Origin: Escherichia coli
GTDB taxonomy: Bacteria > Pseudomonadota > Gammaproteobacteria > Enterobacterales > Enterobacteriaceae
Direction: 5' to 3' (one strand)
Assembly: GCF_024502345.1 (NCBI RefSeq)
Contig: NZ_JALDNN010000001.1
Length of the DNA stretch: 64,000 nucleotides
The notes beneath the pieces were generated by a model. It searched no databases. It worked only from the letters and a program-made list of their open reading frames with translations, and was not told the DNA's origin. The translations under genes were made by a program, and so were the position numbers. This document shows positions 36,697 to 48,835 of this stretch, piece after piece; within the stretch, counting starts at the first letter, position 1, and each line of letters begins with the position of its first letter.

Positions 36697-38148
36697 GTGA
36701 AAACACTAAATCGTCGTGATTTTCCCGGTGCACAGTATCCAGAACGTATCATTCAGTTTGGTGAAGGTAACTTCCTGCGCGCCTTTGTTGACTGGCAAAT
36801 TGATCTCCTGAATGAGCACACCGATCTGAATTCTGGTGTGGTCGTTGTTCGTCCGATTGAAACTTCATTCCCGCCGTCACTGAGCACGCAGGATGGTCTG
36901 TACACCACCATTATCCGTGGCCTGAATGAGAAGGGGGAAGCGGTCAGCGACGCGCGTCTGATTCGCTCTGTTAATCGTGAAATCAGCGTCTACAGTGAAT
37001 ACGATGAATTCCTGAAACTGGCGCACAATCCGGAAATGCGCTTTGTTTTCTCTAACACCACCGAAGCGGGTATCAGCTACCATGCGGGCGATAAATTCGA
37101 TGACGCGCCAGCGGTAAGCTATCCCGCAAAACTGACCCGTCTGCTGTTCGAACGTTTTAGCCATTTCAACGGTGCGCTGGATAAAGGTTGGATCATCATC
37201 CCGTGTGAGTTGATTGACTACAATGGCGACGCGTTGCGTGAACTGGTGCTGCGCTATGCGCAAGAGTGGGCACTGCCAGAAGCATTTATTCAATGGCTGG
37301 ATCAGGCTAACAGCTTCTGTTCTACGCTGGTGGACCGTATCGTTACCGGCTATCCGCGTGATGAAGTGGCTAAACTGGAAGAAGAACTGGGTTATCACGA
37401 TGGTTTCCTCGACACCGCTGAACACTTTTACCTGTTTGTGATTCAGGGGCCGAAATCCTTAGCGACTGAACTGCGTCTGGACAAATATCCGCTCAACGTG
37501 CTGATTGTTGACGATATTAAACCGTATAAAGAACGCAAAGTGGCAATTCTCAACGGTGCACACACCGCGTTGGTGCCGGTGGCGTTCCAGGCAGGGCTGG
37601 ATACCGTAGGTGAAGCGATGAACGATGCTGAAATTTGCGCATTCGTTGAAAAAGCCATCTACGAAGAAATTATTCCGGTACTGGATTTGCCACGCGATGA
37701 ACTGGAATCTTTCGCCAGTGCAGTCACCGGGCGTTTCCGTAACCCGTACATTAAGCATCAGCTGCTGTCTATCGCGCTCAACGGTATGACCAAGTTCCGT
37801 ACCCGCATCCTGCCGCAGCTGCTGGCAGGGCAGAAGGCAAACGGCACACTTCCGGCGCGCCTTACTTTCGCATTAGCGGCATTGATTGCGTTCTATCGTG
37901 GTGAGCGTAACGGAGAAACATATCCGGTACAGGACGATGCTCACTGGCTGGAACATTATCAGCAACTCTGGAGTCAGCATCGTGACCGTGTTATCGGTAC
38001 CCAGGAACTGGTAGCGATTGTGTTGGCAGAAAAAGACCACTGGGAGCAGGACCTGACGCAAGTGCCTGGTCTGGTCGAGCAGGTTGCTAATGACCTGGAT
38101 GCGATTCTTGAAAAAGGGATGCGCGAAGCTGTACGTCCGTTGTGCTAA
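36697..38148 (+). CDS. uxaB: altronate oxidoreductase (tagaturonate reductase) UxaB
   Basis: 483-aa ORF with GTG start, [41 protein letters not shown]... Confidence 0.9.
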   Translation: MKTLNRRDFPGAQYPERIIQFGEGNFLRAFVDWQIDLLNEHTDLNSGVVVVRPIETSFPPSLSTQDGLYTTIIRGLNEKGEAVSDARLIRSVNREISVYSEYDEFLKLAHNPEMRFVFSNTTEAGISYHAGDKFDDAPAVSYPAKLTRLLFERFSHFNGALDKGWIIIPCELIDYNGDALRELVLRYAQEWALPEAFIQWLDQANSFCSTLVDRIVTGYPRDEVAKLEEELGYHDGFLDTAEHFYLFVIQGPKSLATELRLDKYPLNVLIVDDIKPYKERKVAILNGAHTALVPVAFQAGLDTVGEAMNDAEICAFVEKAIYEEIIPVLDLPRDELESFASAVTGRFRNPYIKHQLLSIALNGMTKFRTRILPQLLAGQKANGTLPARLTFALAALIAFYRGERNGETYPVQDDAHWLEHYQQLWSQHRDRVIGTQELVAIVLAEKDHWEQDLTQVPGLVEQVANDLDAILEKGMREAVRPLC

Positions 38149-38155
38149 TACTCTG

Positions 38156-38183
38156 AACCCGGTTTCGACCGGGTTTCTCATTT
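38156..38183 (+). terminator. uxaB intrinsic terminator (aacccgg-tttcga-ccgggtt + tctcattt)
   Basis: 7-bp GC-rich stem directly after uxaB stop, followed by T-rich run. Confidence 0.6.
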
Positions 38184-38344
38184 CACTATATTAGTTACAA
38201 CATCCTATATGCCTTTATCATTAACAGGTGCCACATGCAGCACCTGTTAATGTTGTAAGCTTGTAGATAATTTGTAAGTCGTGTCTTGAGAATGTGATCG
38301 TAATCACGTTTAATAGGGCTACTTTTCCACGCCTGAAGATAACC

Positions 38345-39259
38345 ATGATCGTTCGTCCACAACAACACTGGCTGCGCCGTATTTTTGTCTGGCATGGCTC
38401 AGTATTATCCAAGATATCCTCGCGCTTACTACTCAATTTTCTCTTTTCTATCGCTGTTATTTTCATGCTGCCCTGGTACACGCATTTGGGCATCAAATTC
38501 ACCCTCGCACCGTTCAGCATTCTCGGTGTCGCCATCGCCATTTTTCTTGGTTTTCGTAATAATGCCGGGTACGCCCGTTACGTTGAAGCGCGCAAACTTT
38601 GGGGGCAGTTGATGATTGCCTCGCGGTCGTTACTGCGCGAAGTAAAAACGACATTGCCGGATTCGGCAAGTGTAAGGGAGTTTGCCCGTCTGCAAATCGC
38701 CTTCGCCCACTGTTTACGCATGACATTACGCAAACAGCCACAGGCGGAAGTGCTGGCTCATTATCTCAAGACTGAAGATCTTCAGCGTGTACTGGCTTCG
38801 AACTCTCCAGCTAACCGTATCTTGTTAATAATGGGGGAGTGGTTGGCGGTTCAGCGACGCAATGGACAACTTTCAGATATCCTGTTTATTAGCCTCAACG
38901 ATCGGCTTAACGATATTTCAGCGGTTCTGGCAGGCTGCGAGCGCATTGCCTACACGCCAATTCCCTTTGCCTATACCCTGATTTTGCATCGTACCGTTTA
39001 TCTGTTTTGTATCATGCTGCCGTTCGCGCTGGTCGTGGACCTGCATTACATGACGCCTTTTATCTCTGTGCTGATTTCCTACACTTTTATTTCGCTGGAT
39101 TGTCTGGCGGAAGAACTGGAAGATCCATTCGGTACTGAAAACAATGATTTACCACTGGATGCCATCTGCAACGCTATTGAAATTGACCTCTTACAGATGA
39201 ACGATGAAGCCGAAATTCCAGCAAAAATTCTTCCCGATCGTCATTACCAGCTGACGTGA
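38345..39259 (+). CDS. yneE: bestrophin-family membrane protein YneE
   Basis: ORF 38294..39259; Met at 38345 gives 304-aa MIVRPQQHWLRRIFVWHGSVLSKI... Confidence 0.8.
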   Translation: MIVRPQQHWLRRIFVWHGSVLSKISSRLLLNFLFSIAVIFMLPWYTHLGIKFTLAPFSILGVAIAIFLGFRNNAGYARYVEARKLWGQLMIASRSLLREVKTTLPDSASVREFARLQIAFAHCLRMTLRKQPQAEVLAHYLKTEDLQRVLASNSPANRILLIMGEWLAVQRRNGQLSDILFISLNDRLNDISAVLAGCERIAYTPIPFAYTLILHRTVYLFCIMLPFALVVDLHYMTPFISVLISYTFISLDCLAEELEDPFGTENNDLPLDAICNAIEIDLLQMNDEAEIPAKILPDRHYQLT

Positions 39260-39262
39260 TAC

Positions 39263-40021
39263 TTACTCCGTACGCCGGGCAACAATAAACAGACGCGGAA
39301 ATGCCAGCAGTATCTGTCCGTTCTCTTGCAGTGGATACTGCTCTTCCAACATCTGATGGTAGCGCGTAAGAAAATGCTGCTGTTTGCTCTCGGTCAGATC
39401 CTGTAACCACGGACGTAATCCAGTGGCAGTCACCCAATCGATAATCGCCTGGTGCGACGGCATCTGATGATAGTAAGTGGTTCGCCAGATATCGACCTTA
39501 CATCCGGCTTCGCTCAAAATATCGTAGTAAGCATGAACGCCTGCCAGCGGCTCACGCCCGCGATCCGGGTAGTTTTGTTCCCAGGCAACTTCGCGCATGA
39601 GCACATGGGTCGGCTCCAGCCAGTTATCTGGCATCTGTACTGCCAGCACGCCCTGCGGATTAAGTAACGAAACCAGATGAGGAAACAATTCGTAGTGGTC
39701 GGGCAGCCATTGCAGTGAGGCATTAGCAAAAATCAGATCGAGTGTCTGTTCCGGTTGCCAATTGCGGATATCTGCTTCCACAAACTGGCAGTCTGGCAAA
39801 GCACTGCGCGCTTCAGCAATCATCGCCGGAGACAAGTCGATGCCCGTTATCCTGGCAGCAGGCCAACGTTGTTGTAGAAGGGCGGTGCTGTTACCTGGGC
39901 CACAGCCAAGATCGGCAACATATTCGACATTCTCCAGCGGCACTCTGGCAAGCAGCTCCACCGCCGGACGCGATCGTTCAGCGGCAAAGTGCAGATATAA
40001 AGAGGGGTTCCAGTCAGACAT
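39263..40021 (-). CDS. tam: trans-aconitate 2-methyltransferase
   Basis: 252-aa [49 protein letters not shown]... SAM-MTase motif. Confidence 0.9.
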   Translation of the reverse strand: MSDWNPSLYLHFAAERSRPAVELLARVPLENVEYVADLGCGPGNSTALLQQRWPAARITGIDLSPAMIAEARSALPDCQFVEADIRNWQPEQTLDLIFANASLQWLPDHYELFPHLVSLLNPQGVLAVQMPDNWLEPTHVLMREVAWEQNYPDRGREPLAGVHAYYDILSEAGCKVDIWRTTYYHQMPSHQAIIDWVTATGLRPWLQDLTESKQQHFLTRYHQMLEEQYPLQENGQILLAFPRLFIVARRTE

Positions 40022-40077
40022 TTTTTTACTCCCGTCAGCGCGTTACCCCAATTGTAGATAAAACTGATAAATTCGCC

Positions 40078-40368
40078 TCACGGCATCAACCCATTGAACC
40101 GACGTTTTTTACGCGGCCCGGTCATTAAAGATTCCAGTTTCGCGACACAGGTTTTGTAGTGGGGCGTGGTTTTATGGAATGCCACTGCGTCTTCATCTTT
40201 ATAGGCTTCGTAGATATAAAAGCGCGAATTCACTTCCGGGTCCTGTAAGACATCGAAGCGCAAATTGCCTTCTTCCTGTACAGAGCCCAGGTGGTTCTGG
40301 CGAAAAACTTCGATAAACTCGTCAACCTTGTCTTCATGAACGTTAATTTCAACCAGTGTGACGTGCAT
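40078..40368 (-). CDS. lsrG: (4S)-4-hydroxy-5-phosphonooxypentane-2,3-dione isomerase LsrG
   Basis: ORF 40078..40404; Met at 40368 gives 96-aa [43 protein letters not shown]... Confidence 0.9.
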   Translation of the reverse strand: MHVTLVEINVHEDKVDEFIEVFRQNHLGSVQEEGNLRFDVLQDPEVNSRFYIYEAYKDEDAVAFHKTTPHYKTCVAKLESLMTGPRKKRRFNGLMP

Positions 40369-40390
40369 GTTTCTTCTCCTTAATCCGCAG

Positions 40391-41266
40391 TTACTGTTTT
40401 TCACTCAGATAGAGTTCATATGCCCGATCAGCCGTTTCGTTATGGTGTACCACCGCCTGTACGGCTTTCATCATTGCCACCGGATGGTCAGACTGGAAAA
40501 TATTACGCCCCATATCCACACCAGAAGCGCCCTGATCGATAGCCTGCCAGCACATTTCCAGCGCCTCGCGCTCCGGTAATTTTTTACCGCCAGCAATAAC
40601 AATGGGTACCGGACATCCGGCAACAATCCGTTCAAAACCTTTTTCGACATAGTAGGTTTTGATAATTTGCGCCCCCATTTCAGCGGCGATTCGAGTCGCG
40701 AGCGAGAAATAACGCTGATCGCGCACCATATCTTTGCCCACGCCAGTCACGGCCATGGTCGGCATTCCCACTTTCATTCCGGCATCAACCAGCTGAATAA
40801 TATTTTTGATCGACTGATGTTCATATTCGCTGCCGATATAAACCTGCGCCGCCACCGCGCAACTGTTCAGGCGCACGGCGTCATCCATCGATAACGCCAC
40901 GGCTTCATTACTTAATTCCGCCAGAATAGAGTTCGCACCTGACGCCCGCAGTACCACCGGCCTATTGGCCGCAGGGGGAACTACGCTGCGCAAAATCCCG
41001 CGCGTACACATTAATACATCGGCATGTTCAAACAGCGGGGCGATATTTATATCAATGCGTTCAAGTCCGGTAGTCGGTCCCTGAAAATAACCATGGTCAA
41101 AAGCCAGCATCACGGTTTTACCCGTTTTCGGATTAAATATCCGCGATAAGCGTGACTGCATTCCCCAATCCAGCGCACCGCAACCTTTCAGGGTAAAAGG
41201 GATATTTTTTTGCGGTTGATCGGTACGAAAATCTTTACCATCTTTAATATCGTCTAAATCTGCCAT
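40391..41266 (-). CDS. lsrF: 3-hydroxy-5-phosphonooxypentane-2,4-dione thiolase LsrF (aldolase fold)
   Basis: 291-aa [31 protein letters not shown]... Confidence 0.9.
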   Translation of the reverse strand: MADLDDIKDGKDFRTDQPQKNIPFTLKGCGALDWGMQSRLSRIFNPKTGKTVMLAFDHGYFQGPTTGLERIDINIAPLFEHADVLMCTRGILRSVVPPAANRPVVLRASGANSILAELSNEAVALSMDDAVRLNSCAVAAQVYIGSEYEHQSIKNIIQLVDAGMKVGMPTMAVTGVGKDMVRDQRYFSLATRIAAEMGAQIIKTYYVEKGFERIVAGCPVPIVIAGGKKLPEREALEMCWQAIDQGASGVDMGRNIFQSDHPVAMMKAVQAVVHHNETADRAYELYLSEKQ

Positions 41267-41292
41267 AACTTACTCCGGTTAAGTAATGCACA

Positions 41293-42315
41293 TCAGAAAT
41301 CGTATTTGCCGATATTCTCTTTGTTGAATATCACGCGCTCCGGTAACAGTACGATGCCATTACCATCCGCTTCGTAGTCATAGCCCTGGACGCTGTTTGG
41401 CGAGACTTCCACCTGACCTACGCCCTGAATATCCAGCTTGTCGCCCGTTTTCATTGATCCTTTTTTCAATAATGCATCCGCGACATAAACTGAAATTTTG
41501 CCTTGCTGAACCACATCCCACAGGCCAAATTCTTTCACCGTGCCGCGTTCCACATATGGATGCATCACGTTTGGCGTACTGAATCCGACAATCGCAACTT
41601 TGTCATTTTTCAGGTTTTCTGCGGCTTGTGCGGCAGCGGGCAGGGCATTGGCATCGGGGGCGATAATGGCGTCGAGATCGCTATACGCTTTTAATATTCC
41701 TTCTGCGGTTTGTAATGATTTAGTGGCATCGTTATAGCCAAACTGCGTAGTGACAATTTCCCAGCCAGGATGCTCTTTGGCGATTTTCGCTTTCGCTTCT
41801 TTCACCCACTGGTTTTGGTCCGTAACGGTGGGGCTTGAGTAGAAAAACGCGACTTTGGCTTTGTCTTTATTCACCTGACGCGCCGCCATATCCACCAACA
41901 TACCTCCCAACTGGGCGGGCGTTCCCTGATTAATGTAGTAAGAGCGGCACTCCGGTTTAGTATCAGAGTCCCAGGTCAGCACTCTCACACCACGTTGCAT
42001 GGCGCGTTTCAGTGCCGGACACAAGCCATCAGGCGAAACCGCAGAAACGATAATGGCGTTATAACCTTGATTGACGAAGTTATTAATCAACTGTACCTGA
42101 CCAGAAACACTGGGTTCTGTCGGCCCGTCGTAGGTCACATCAACGCCCAGCTCTTTACCCGCTTGTTGTGCGCCGTTGCCACCGCTGGTAAAAAATCCCA
42201 CGCCAACCAGTTTGGGAATAAATGCAATACGCTCTGCGGCCTGCACATTCATAGAGATTGCGGCAATGCCAAGAGCGCTAAGTAAGGCGATTTTCTTAAA
42301 GCGATGAAGTGTCAT
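41293..42315 (-). CDS. lsrB: autoinducer-2 periplasmic binding protein LsrB
   Basis: 340-aa ORF with signal peptide [26 protein letters not shown]. Confidence 0.9.
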   Translation of the reverse strand: MTLHRFKKIALLSALGIAAISMNVQAAERIAFIPKLVGVGFFTSGGNGAQQAGKELGVDVTYDGPTEPSVSGQVQLINNFVNQGYNAIIVSAVSPDGLCPALKRAMQRGVRVLTWDSDTKPECRSYYINQGTPAQLGGMLVDMAARQVNKDKAKVAFFYSSPTVTDQNQWVKEAKAKIAKEHPGWEIVTTQFGYNDATKSLQTAEGILKAYSDLDAIIAPDANALPAAAQAAENLKNDKVAIVGFSTPNVMHPYVERGTVKEFGLWDVVQQGKISVYVADALLKKGSMKTGDKLDIQGVGQVEVSPNSVQGYDYEADGNGIVLLPERVIFNKENIGKYDF

Positions 42316-42326
42316 GAAGATATCCT

Positions 42327-43319
42327 TTATGGCAATGGGTTATTGGCCCGACGCGCCAGCCACTCTTTAATTTGCTGGCGATGCAGGCTAACGGAACGAC
42401 CTACGACAACGACGATAAGTAGCGCACCGGAAAGGGCGCTGGACACCTGATTTGGCACTCCTGCCATTTGCAAACCTTGTTGCAAATATCCCACTAATAA
42501 AACCGCAATGGCGGTGCCGATAATGGAACCGGAACCACCATAAATATTGGCCCCGCCAAGCACCACGGCGGTGATGCCGGGCATCAGAAACGACGCACCG
42601 AGATCGGAACGTGCTGAACCAAAATACGATACCAGCAGCACAGCGGCGACCGCAGATGCCAGCCCCGTCATGGCATAGAGTGCACATAAGGTGCGGTTAA
42701 CTGGAATCGCGCTATAAAGCGCCACGCGCGGGCTTTGCCCAATCAAAAACACATTACGTCCGGCATGGGTTTTATGCAGCCAGAGCCAGAAAACGAGGAG
42801 ACATATCAGGAAGATAATCAGCGGAACGGGGAGTCCCAGCACATCCAGGTTAGCGAAATCTGTAAACGCCATCGGGAATCCACCAATACCTTCGTACCCC
42901 GTCGCTCCGGCCATACCGGAAAGCAGCAGAGCGCTTCCGGCAAACAGATACAGCGTGCCAAGCGTAATCACCAGCGGGTTAACTTTGGTATAGATAATTA
43001 ATCCGGCGTTGATCAGCCCGCACAATGCGCCGAGCAGTAAGGTCAGGAGTATCGCCAGCGGCATCGGCACACCACTTTGAAACAGTACGCCCAATGCAAT
43101 GGCGCAGAGGCCGATGGTCGAACCAAACGAAATATCGATCCCGCCACTGACAATCACCATCGTCAGCGGTAGGGCGACAATGCCAATGCAGATAAAGTCA
43201 CTGGTGCTGAACAGCAACATATTGAGGTCTAACATCCGCGGGTTATTTGCACCAAATGCGACAATCTCAATTACGAGCAGTGCGGCAAGAGCCAGTTCCC
43301 AACCGTAGCGAATACGCAT
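42327..43319 (-). CDS. lsrD: autoinducer-2 ABC transporter permease LsrD
   Basis: 330-aa polytopic membrane ORF; position in lsrACDB. Confidence 0.9.
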   Translation of the reverse strand: MRIRYGWELALAALLVIEIVAFGANNPRMLDLNMLLFSTSDFICIGIVALPLTMVIVSGGIDISFGSTIGLCAIALGVLFQSGVPMPLAILLTLLLGALCGLINAGLIIYTKVNPLVITLGTLYLFAGSALLLSGMAGATGYEGIGGFPMAFTDFANLDVLGLPVPLIIFLICLLVFWLWLHKTHAGRNVFLIGQSPRVALYSAIPVNRTLCALYAMTGLASAVAAVLLVSYFGSARSDLGASFLMPGITAVVLGGANIYGGSGSIIGTAIAVLLVGYLQQGLQMAGVPNQVSSALSGALLIVVVVGRSVSLHRQQIKEWLARRANNPLP

Positions 43320-44347
43320 TATGCAGCCTCCCGTTTTTTACCTGACGAAGCGGGTTTAACGGATGGCGGTGGCGTCATAAAGCGGGCATATTTTTGCCGC
43401 CGCAGATTACGTTCCAGCGCGCAACGCAGGCGTCCATCAAACACCAGCACCGCCAGCAGCACGAGGCCCGCGATAAAATCATTCCACCATGCCGGAATGC
43501 GCAACAGCACCAGTACACTATCGATCTGCGTCAGGAACCATGCGCCGAGTACCGCACCGATGATCGCACCGGAACCGCCGAGCAAACTAATGCCGCCCAG
43601 CACGCAGGCTGCAATTGCTTTCATCTCCAGCCCGGTACCGGTCTGGTTGGGGATAAAACCAATCTGCGAAGCAAACACAATCCCCGCCAGTGCCGCCATG
43701 CAGCCGTTCAACGAAAATGCCACAATGCGAATGGCTTCCGTACGAACGCCCAGTTGACGAGCGCCCTGTAAATTATCGCCCGTGGCATAAAAACTGCGTC
43801 CAAACGCCGTCTTCGCCAGCAGCCAGGCCATAAATGCCACCAGAATTATCGTCAACCAACCAATTGCTGAAACGCCAAGCAGCAGCGGGGCGGAGAGCTG
43901 TTTCAGTTCGGCGGGTAACCCTTCAATCCATTTGCCGCCAGTCCACAGCAACATAATGCCTCTGTACAACCCTAACGTGCCAAGGGTGGCAACAATGGCA
44001 GGGATCTTTAGCCACGCGACCAGGACACCGTTGAAAAATCCCGCGAGCAAACCAAGCAGTAAAGTCGCGACACAGGCAACAGGTAGTGAATATCCTGCGT
44101 TCAGTAACATCCCCAACAGCACCGCGCACATTCCGGTAATCGAACCCACTGAAACATCAATATTGCGCGTAAGCATTACCAGCGTCGCGCCCATTGCCAG
44201 CAGGATCAGGATTTGCGCGCTGCTATAAACCATGGTCAGCGTTTGCACACTTAAATACTGGCGGTCGAGAAAACCGGGTAATACAAACAGCAGCACCACC
44301 GCCAGCAGTGCCGTGATTTCACGGTTGTTCTGAATAAACTTCAGCAT
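43319..44347 (-). CDS. lsrC: autoinducer-2 ABC transporter permease LsrC
   Basis: 342-aa polytopic membrane ORF overlapping lsrA stop and lsrD start. Confidence 0.9.
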
Positions 44348-45876
44348 GACGCCTCCTGACGCTGACTATCGCCGAAGGCAACGCGCATAATAGTCTCGAC
44401 ATTAATATCGCGCCCGGTCAGTGCAGAGTGGGTAATTTCGCCCTGATGCATCACATACACGCGATCTGCCATCAGTTCGATCTCTTCCAGATCAGAGGAG
44501 ATAAGCAGCACAGCTACATTTTGTGCGGCGATGCTGCGCAACAGCTGGTAGATATCATTACGGGCCGAGACATCCACGCCGCGCGTCGGCTCATCGACAA
44601 TCAATACTTGCGGCGAAGCTTCCAGGCATTTGGCAATGAGGATTTTTTGCTGGTTGCCACCGGATAATGTCCGTGCAGCTTGTTCCGGTTGGTTAAATTT
44701 AATATTCAGCGCCCGACGATAACGTTCCAGGGTGGCATTATCTTTCGCGGTTTTCGCCCAGAATCCACGAAGGTTATGAGTAAGGGCGCAGACGTTCCAG
44801 GCCAGCGAAGCATCGAGATTCAGTCCGGATGACTGGCGATCTTCCGGCAGATAAACGAGACCGCGCAGTAAACGTTCTCCAGTGGATAATTTATTGATCT
44901 CTTTACCATTCAGCATAATACGTCCGCCACGCAAAGTACGTAGACCATAGAGCGTCTCGGCCAGTTCTGTGCGTCCGGCACCCACCAGCCCAGCCAGACC
45001 CAGAATTTCTCCGGCATTTAGCGTCATGCTGACATTCCTGAAACCTTCGCCAGTCAGATTTTCCAGTGTCAGCACCGACGTTCCTGCGGCATGTTGTGGG
45101 CGGTTGCCAGGTAACTCCAGCCATAATTTTTGGCTGGCAGAGAGCGATTTTTCCCGTACCGCTGGGGTGATGGCCTGAATAATGTCGTCGGTAGACAGTT
45201 CGCTGGTTTTGCCGCTTAAGGCGATGGTTCCGTCGCGCATCACGCTAATTCGATCGGCAATCTGGCGAATTTCCGGCAGCTTATGCGAGATAAAAACAAT
45301 ACCCACGCCAGTAGCAAGCAGCTCTTGCAAGCGACTAAACAAGCGTTCGGTTTCCGCAGGGGTAAGCGAGGCGGTAGGTTCATCGAGGATCAGAATCCGC
45401 GAGTCGCGCATCAGCCCGCGGAGGATTTCCACCATTTGGCGATCGGCGACATCCAGCGATCCTGCCAGACTATGCAGATCAAACTGGCAGCCCAGCGCCG
45501 CCAGCAAGTTCTTCATTTTCTGCATGGAGAGCTGTTTTTTTGCCAGCCCAAACAGGATGTTTTCTTTTATCGACAGGCTTGGGAAAAGCAGCGGTTCCTG
45601 GGGAACGAGATAAATACCCAGCTGATGAGCATGAACTGGCGTTAATCTGACGTAGTTGTTGCCCCCAATCTCCAGCGTACCGCTATCAGCAGGGGTAATA
45701 CCGGCAATAATCTTCATTAACGTCGATTTACCGGCACCATTGCCGCCGAGCAGGGCGTGGACCTCCCCCTGGTGCAACGTAAAATCGATGCCTTTCAGGA
45801 CATTAACCCCTGAATACTGTTTATAAACCGAGCGGGCGCAAAGTAGCGGTAACGCGCGGGTATCACTCGTTTGCAT
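44341..45876 (-). CDS. lsrA: autoinducer-2 ABC transporter ATP-binding protein LsrA (tandem ABC domains)
   Basis: 511-aa ORF with two Walker A (GGNGAGKST / GLVGAGRTE) and signature motifs. Confidence 0.9.
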
Positions 45877-46124
45877 ATTTCCCCCGTTCAGTTTTGCAGG
45901 TGAGTTTTGAACAAATGTATTTCTGCTTTTAATTTGTTCATAACCTTAGGTGGACATTGCACATATTTCCGACGAATAGATCACAATTTATGCTATTTTG
46001 ATTTTCACGGTTGCGTTTGTTCATGCTCGTAGAGTCAAACTGTGGTTGCCATCACAGATATAAATGCGCAAGAACTGAACAATTGCATTAAAGATTTAAA
46101 TATGTTCAAAGTGAAGAATGAATT
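45877..46124. promoter_or_regulatory. divergent lsrA / lsrR promoter-operator region
   Basis: 248-bp AT-rich intergenic region between divergent lsrA and lsrR; LsrR and CRP sites expected from established knowledge, not individually resolved. Confidence 0.6.
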
Positions 46125-47078
46125 ATGACAATCAACGATTCGGCAATTTCAGAACAGGGAATGTGTGAAGAAGAACAGGTCGCGCGGATCGCGTGGTTTT
46201 ACTACCACGACGGGCTGACCCAGAGTGAGATCAGCGATCGTCTCGGCCTGACCCGTTTGAAAGTGTCGCGCTTGCTGGAGAAAGGGCATCAGTCCGGCAT
46301 CATTCGCGTGCAGATTAATTCTCGCTTTGAAGGCTGTCTGGAATATGAAACACAATTACGTAGTCAGTTTTCGCTGCAACATGTCCGGGTGATCCCTGGG
46401 CTTGCGGATGCTGATGTCGGCGTGCGACTGGGGATAGGCGCGGCGCATATGTTGATGAGTTTACTTCAACCACAACAGATGCTGGCGATTGGTTTTGGCG
46501 AGGCAACCATGAATACGCTGCAACGCTTAAGTGGTTTTATTTCGTCACAGCAAATTCGCCTGGTCACGCTCTCCGGTGGCGTCGGTTCTTATATGACGGG
46601 TATCGGACAGCTTAACGCGGCGTGCAGTGTGAATATTATTCCGGCTCCGTTGCGGGCATCCTCCGCTGACATTGCCCGTACGCTAAAAAATGAAAATTGC
46701 GTCAAAGATGTTCTGTTAGCCGCGCAAGCAGCGGATGTGGCGATTGTCGGCATTGGGGCCGTGAGTCAACAAGACGACGCGACGATCATTCGCTCCGGTT
46801 ATATCAGCCAGGGCGAACAGTTAATGATTGGCCGAAAAGGGGCGGTTGGCGACATTTTAGGCTACTTTTTTGATGCAAAAGGTGACGTTGTCACGGATAT
46901 CAAAATACATAACGAACTGATTGGCTTACCTTTAAGCGCGCTGAAGACCATACCCGTCCGGGTTGGCGTGGCAGGGGGAGAAAATAAAGCCGAAGCAATT
47001 GCCGCTGCAATGAAAGGCGGTTATATCAACGCACTGGTTACCGATCAGGACACAGCAGCGGCGATTTTACGTAGTTAA
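46125..47078 (+). CDS. lsrR: transcriptional repressor LsrR (SorC family)
   Basis: 317-aa [57 protein letters not shown]... Confidence 0.9.
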   Translation: MTINDSAISEQGMCEEEQVARIAWFYYHDGLTQSEISDRLGLTRLKVSRLLEKGHQSGIIRVQINSRFEGCLEYETQLRSQFSLQHVRVIPGLADADVGVRLGIGAAHMLMSLLQPQQMLAIGFGEATMNTLQRLSGFISSQQIRLVTLSGGVGSYMTGIGQLNAACSVNIIPAPLRASSADIARTLKNENCVKDVLLAAQAADVAIVGIGAVSQQDDATIIRSGYISQGEQLMIGRKGAVGDILGYFFDAKGDVVTDIKIHNELIGLPLSALKTIPVRVGVAGGENKAEAIAAAMKGGYINALVTDQDTAAAILRS

Positions 47079-47156
47079 ATTTGCATGACCTTATTACCGG
47101 GAATGATGGAGAACGTATAGAGGAACAGACAGAACGCATAAGCCGAGGATAATCTA

Positions 47157-48749
47157 ATGGCTCGACTCTTTACCCCTTCAGAATCAAAGTACTACCTGAT
47201 GGCGCTGGATGCAGGCACCGGAAGTATTCGGGCTGTGATATTCGACCTGGAAGGCAATCAAATAGCAGTGGGACAGGCGGAGTGGCGGCATCTGGCAGTA
47301 CCGGACGTTCCTGGTTCTATGGAATTTGATCTCAACAAAAACTGGCAACTGGCGTGTGAGTGTATGCGCCAGGCGTTGCACAACGCCGGCATAGCCCCGG
47401 AGTATATCGCTGCCGTTTCGGCATGTTCGATGCGTGAAGGCATTGTTTTATATAACAATGAAGGAACACCGATCTGGGCCTGCGCCAATGTGGATGCCAG
47501 AGCGGCGCGCGAAGTTAGCGAACTTAAAGAACTGCACAACAATACCTTTGAAAACGAAGTTTATCGCGCGACCGGACAAACACTGGCTTTAAGTGCCATC
47601 CCCAGATTACTTTGGCTGGCGCACCATCGTTCCGATATTTACCGTCAGGCATCAACCATCACCATGATCAGCGACTGGCTGGCCTATATGCTCAGCGGCG
47701 AACTTGCGGTGGATCCCTCTAACGCTGGCACCACGGGACTTCTTGATCTAACCATCCGTGACTGGAAACCTGCATTGCTGGATATGGCTGGCCTGCGTGC
47801 CGATATTCTTTCTCCTGTCAAAGAAACCGGCACATTGCTGGGCGTGGTAAGTTCACAAGCGGCGGAACTCTGCGGTCTGAAGGTGGGCACTCCGGTGGTC
47901 GTTGGAGGAGGCGACGTGCAGCTTGGTTGCCTGGGGTTAGGCGTTGTGCGTCCGGCACAAACCGCGGTTCTTGGCGGCACATTCTGGCAGCAAGTTGTAA
48001 ATTTAGCCGCGCCGGTGACAGACCCAGAAATGAACGTGCGCGTTAATCCTCATGTTATTCCTGGCATGGTACAAGCTGAATCTATAAGCTTTTTTACCGG
48101 ACTCACCATGCGCTGGTTCCGCGATGCTTTCTGTGCCGAAGAAAAACTGATTGCCGAACGTTTAGGCATCGACACCTATACGCTGCTGGAAGAGATGGCC
48201 AGTCGGGTGCCGCCTGGGTCGTGGGGCGTAATGCCGATCTTCTCCGACAGAATGCGCTTTAAAACCTGGTATCACGCTGCGCCTTCCTTTATTAATTTGT
48301 CCATTGACCCGGATAAATGTAACAAAGCGACATTGTTCCGTGCGCTGGAAGAAAATGCGGCGATTGTATCAGCGTGTAACTTGCAGCAAATTGCTGATTT
48401 TTCGAATATTCATCCTTCATCGTTAGTCTTTGCAGGCGGAGGTTCAAAAGGGAAATTATGGAGTCAAATTCTCGCTGATGTCTCGGGATTACCCGTCAAT
48501 ATTCCGGTGGTCAAAGAAGCCACTGCATTAGGATGTGCCATTGCAGCTGGCGTCGGTGCCGGAATTTTTTCATCAATGGCAGAAACCGGAGAACGCCTGG
48601 TTCGCTGGGAACGGACGCACACACCAGACCCGGAAAAGCATGAACTTTATCAGGATTCACGCGATAAGTGGCAGGCAGTTTATCAGGATCAGCTGGGGCT
48701 GGTTGATCATGGACTGACGACGTCGTTATGGAAAGCGCCTGGGTTATAG
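47157..48749 (+). CDS. lsrK: autoinducer-2 kinase LsrK (FGGY carbohydrate kinase family)
   Basis: 530-aa [43 protein letters not shown]... Confidence 0.9.
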   Translation: MARLFTPSESKYYLMALDAGTGSIRAVIFDLEGNQIAVGQAEWRHLAVPDVPGSMEFDLNKNWQLACECMRQALHNAGIAPEYIAAVSACSMREGIVLYNNEGTPIWACANVDARAAREVSELKELHNNTFENEVYRATGQTLALSAIPRLLWLAHHRSDIYRQASTITMISDWLAYMLSGELAVDPSNAGTTGLLDLTIRDWKPALLDMAGLRADILSPVKETGTLLGVVSSQAAELCGLKVGTPVVVGGGDVQLGCLGLGVVRPAQTAVLGGTFWQQVVNLAAPVTDPEMNVRVNPHVIPGMVQAESISFFTGLTMRWFRDAFCAEEKLIAERLGIDTYTLLEEMASRVPPGSWGVMPIFSDRMRFKTWYHAAPSFINLSIDPDKCNKATLFRALEENAAIVSACNLQQIADFSNIHPSSLVFAGGGSKGKLWSQILADVSGLPVNIPVVKEATALGCAIAAGVGAGIFSSMAETGERLVRWERTHTPDPEKHELYQDSRDKWQAVYQDQLGLVDHGLTTSLWKAPGL

Positions 48750-48757
48750 TTTCATTG

Positions 48758-48793
48758 ACAGCCACATCATGATGACCGTGGCTGTTAGTTTTT
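48758..48793 (+). terminator. lsrK intrinsic terminator (acagccac ... gtggctgt + tagttttt)
   Basis: 8-bp stem, 12-nt loop, T-run 48786..48793 immediately after lsrK stop. Confidence 0.65.
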
Positions 48794-48835
48794 GAGTATA
48801 GTTATTCTTATTTCCCTTCTTTTAGAGCTGGCTTG

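Noticed and set aside
36549-36752. 67-aa minus-strand ORF overlapping the uxaB start
   Set aside because: No RBS, overlaps the start of a well-supported gene on the other strand; likely spurious.
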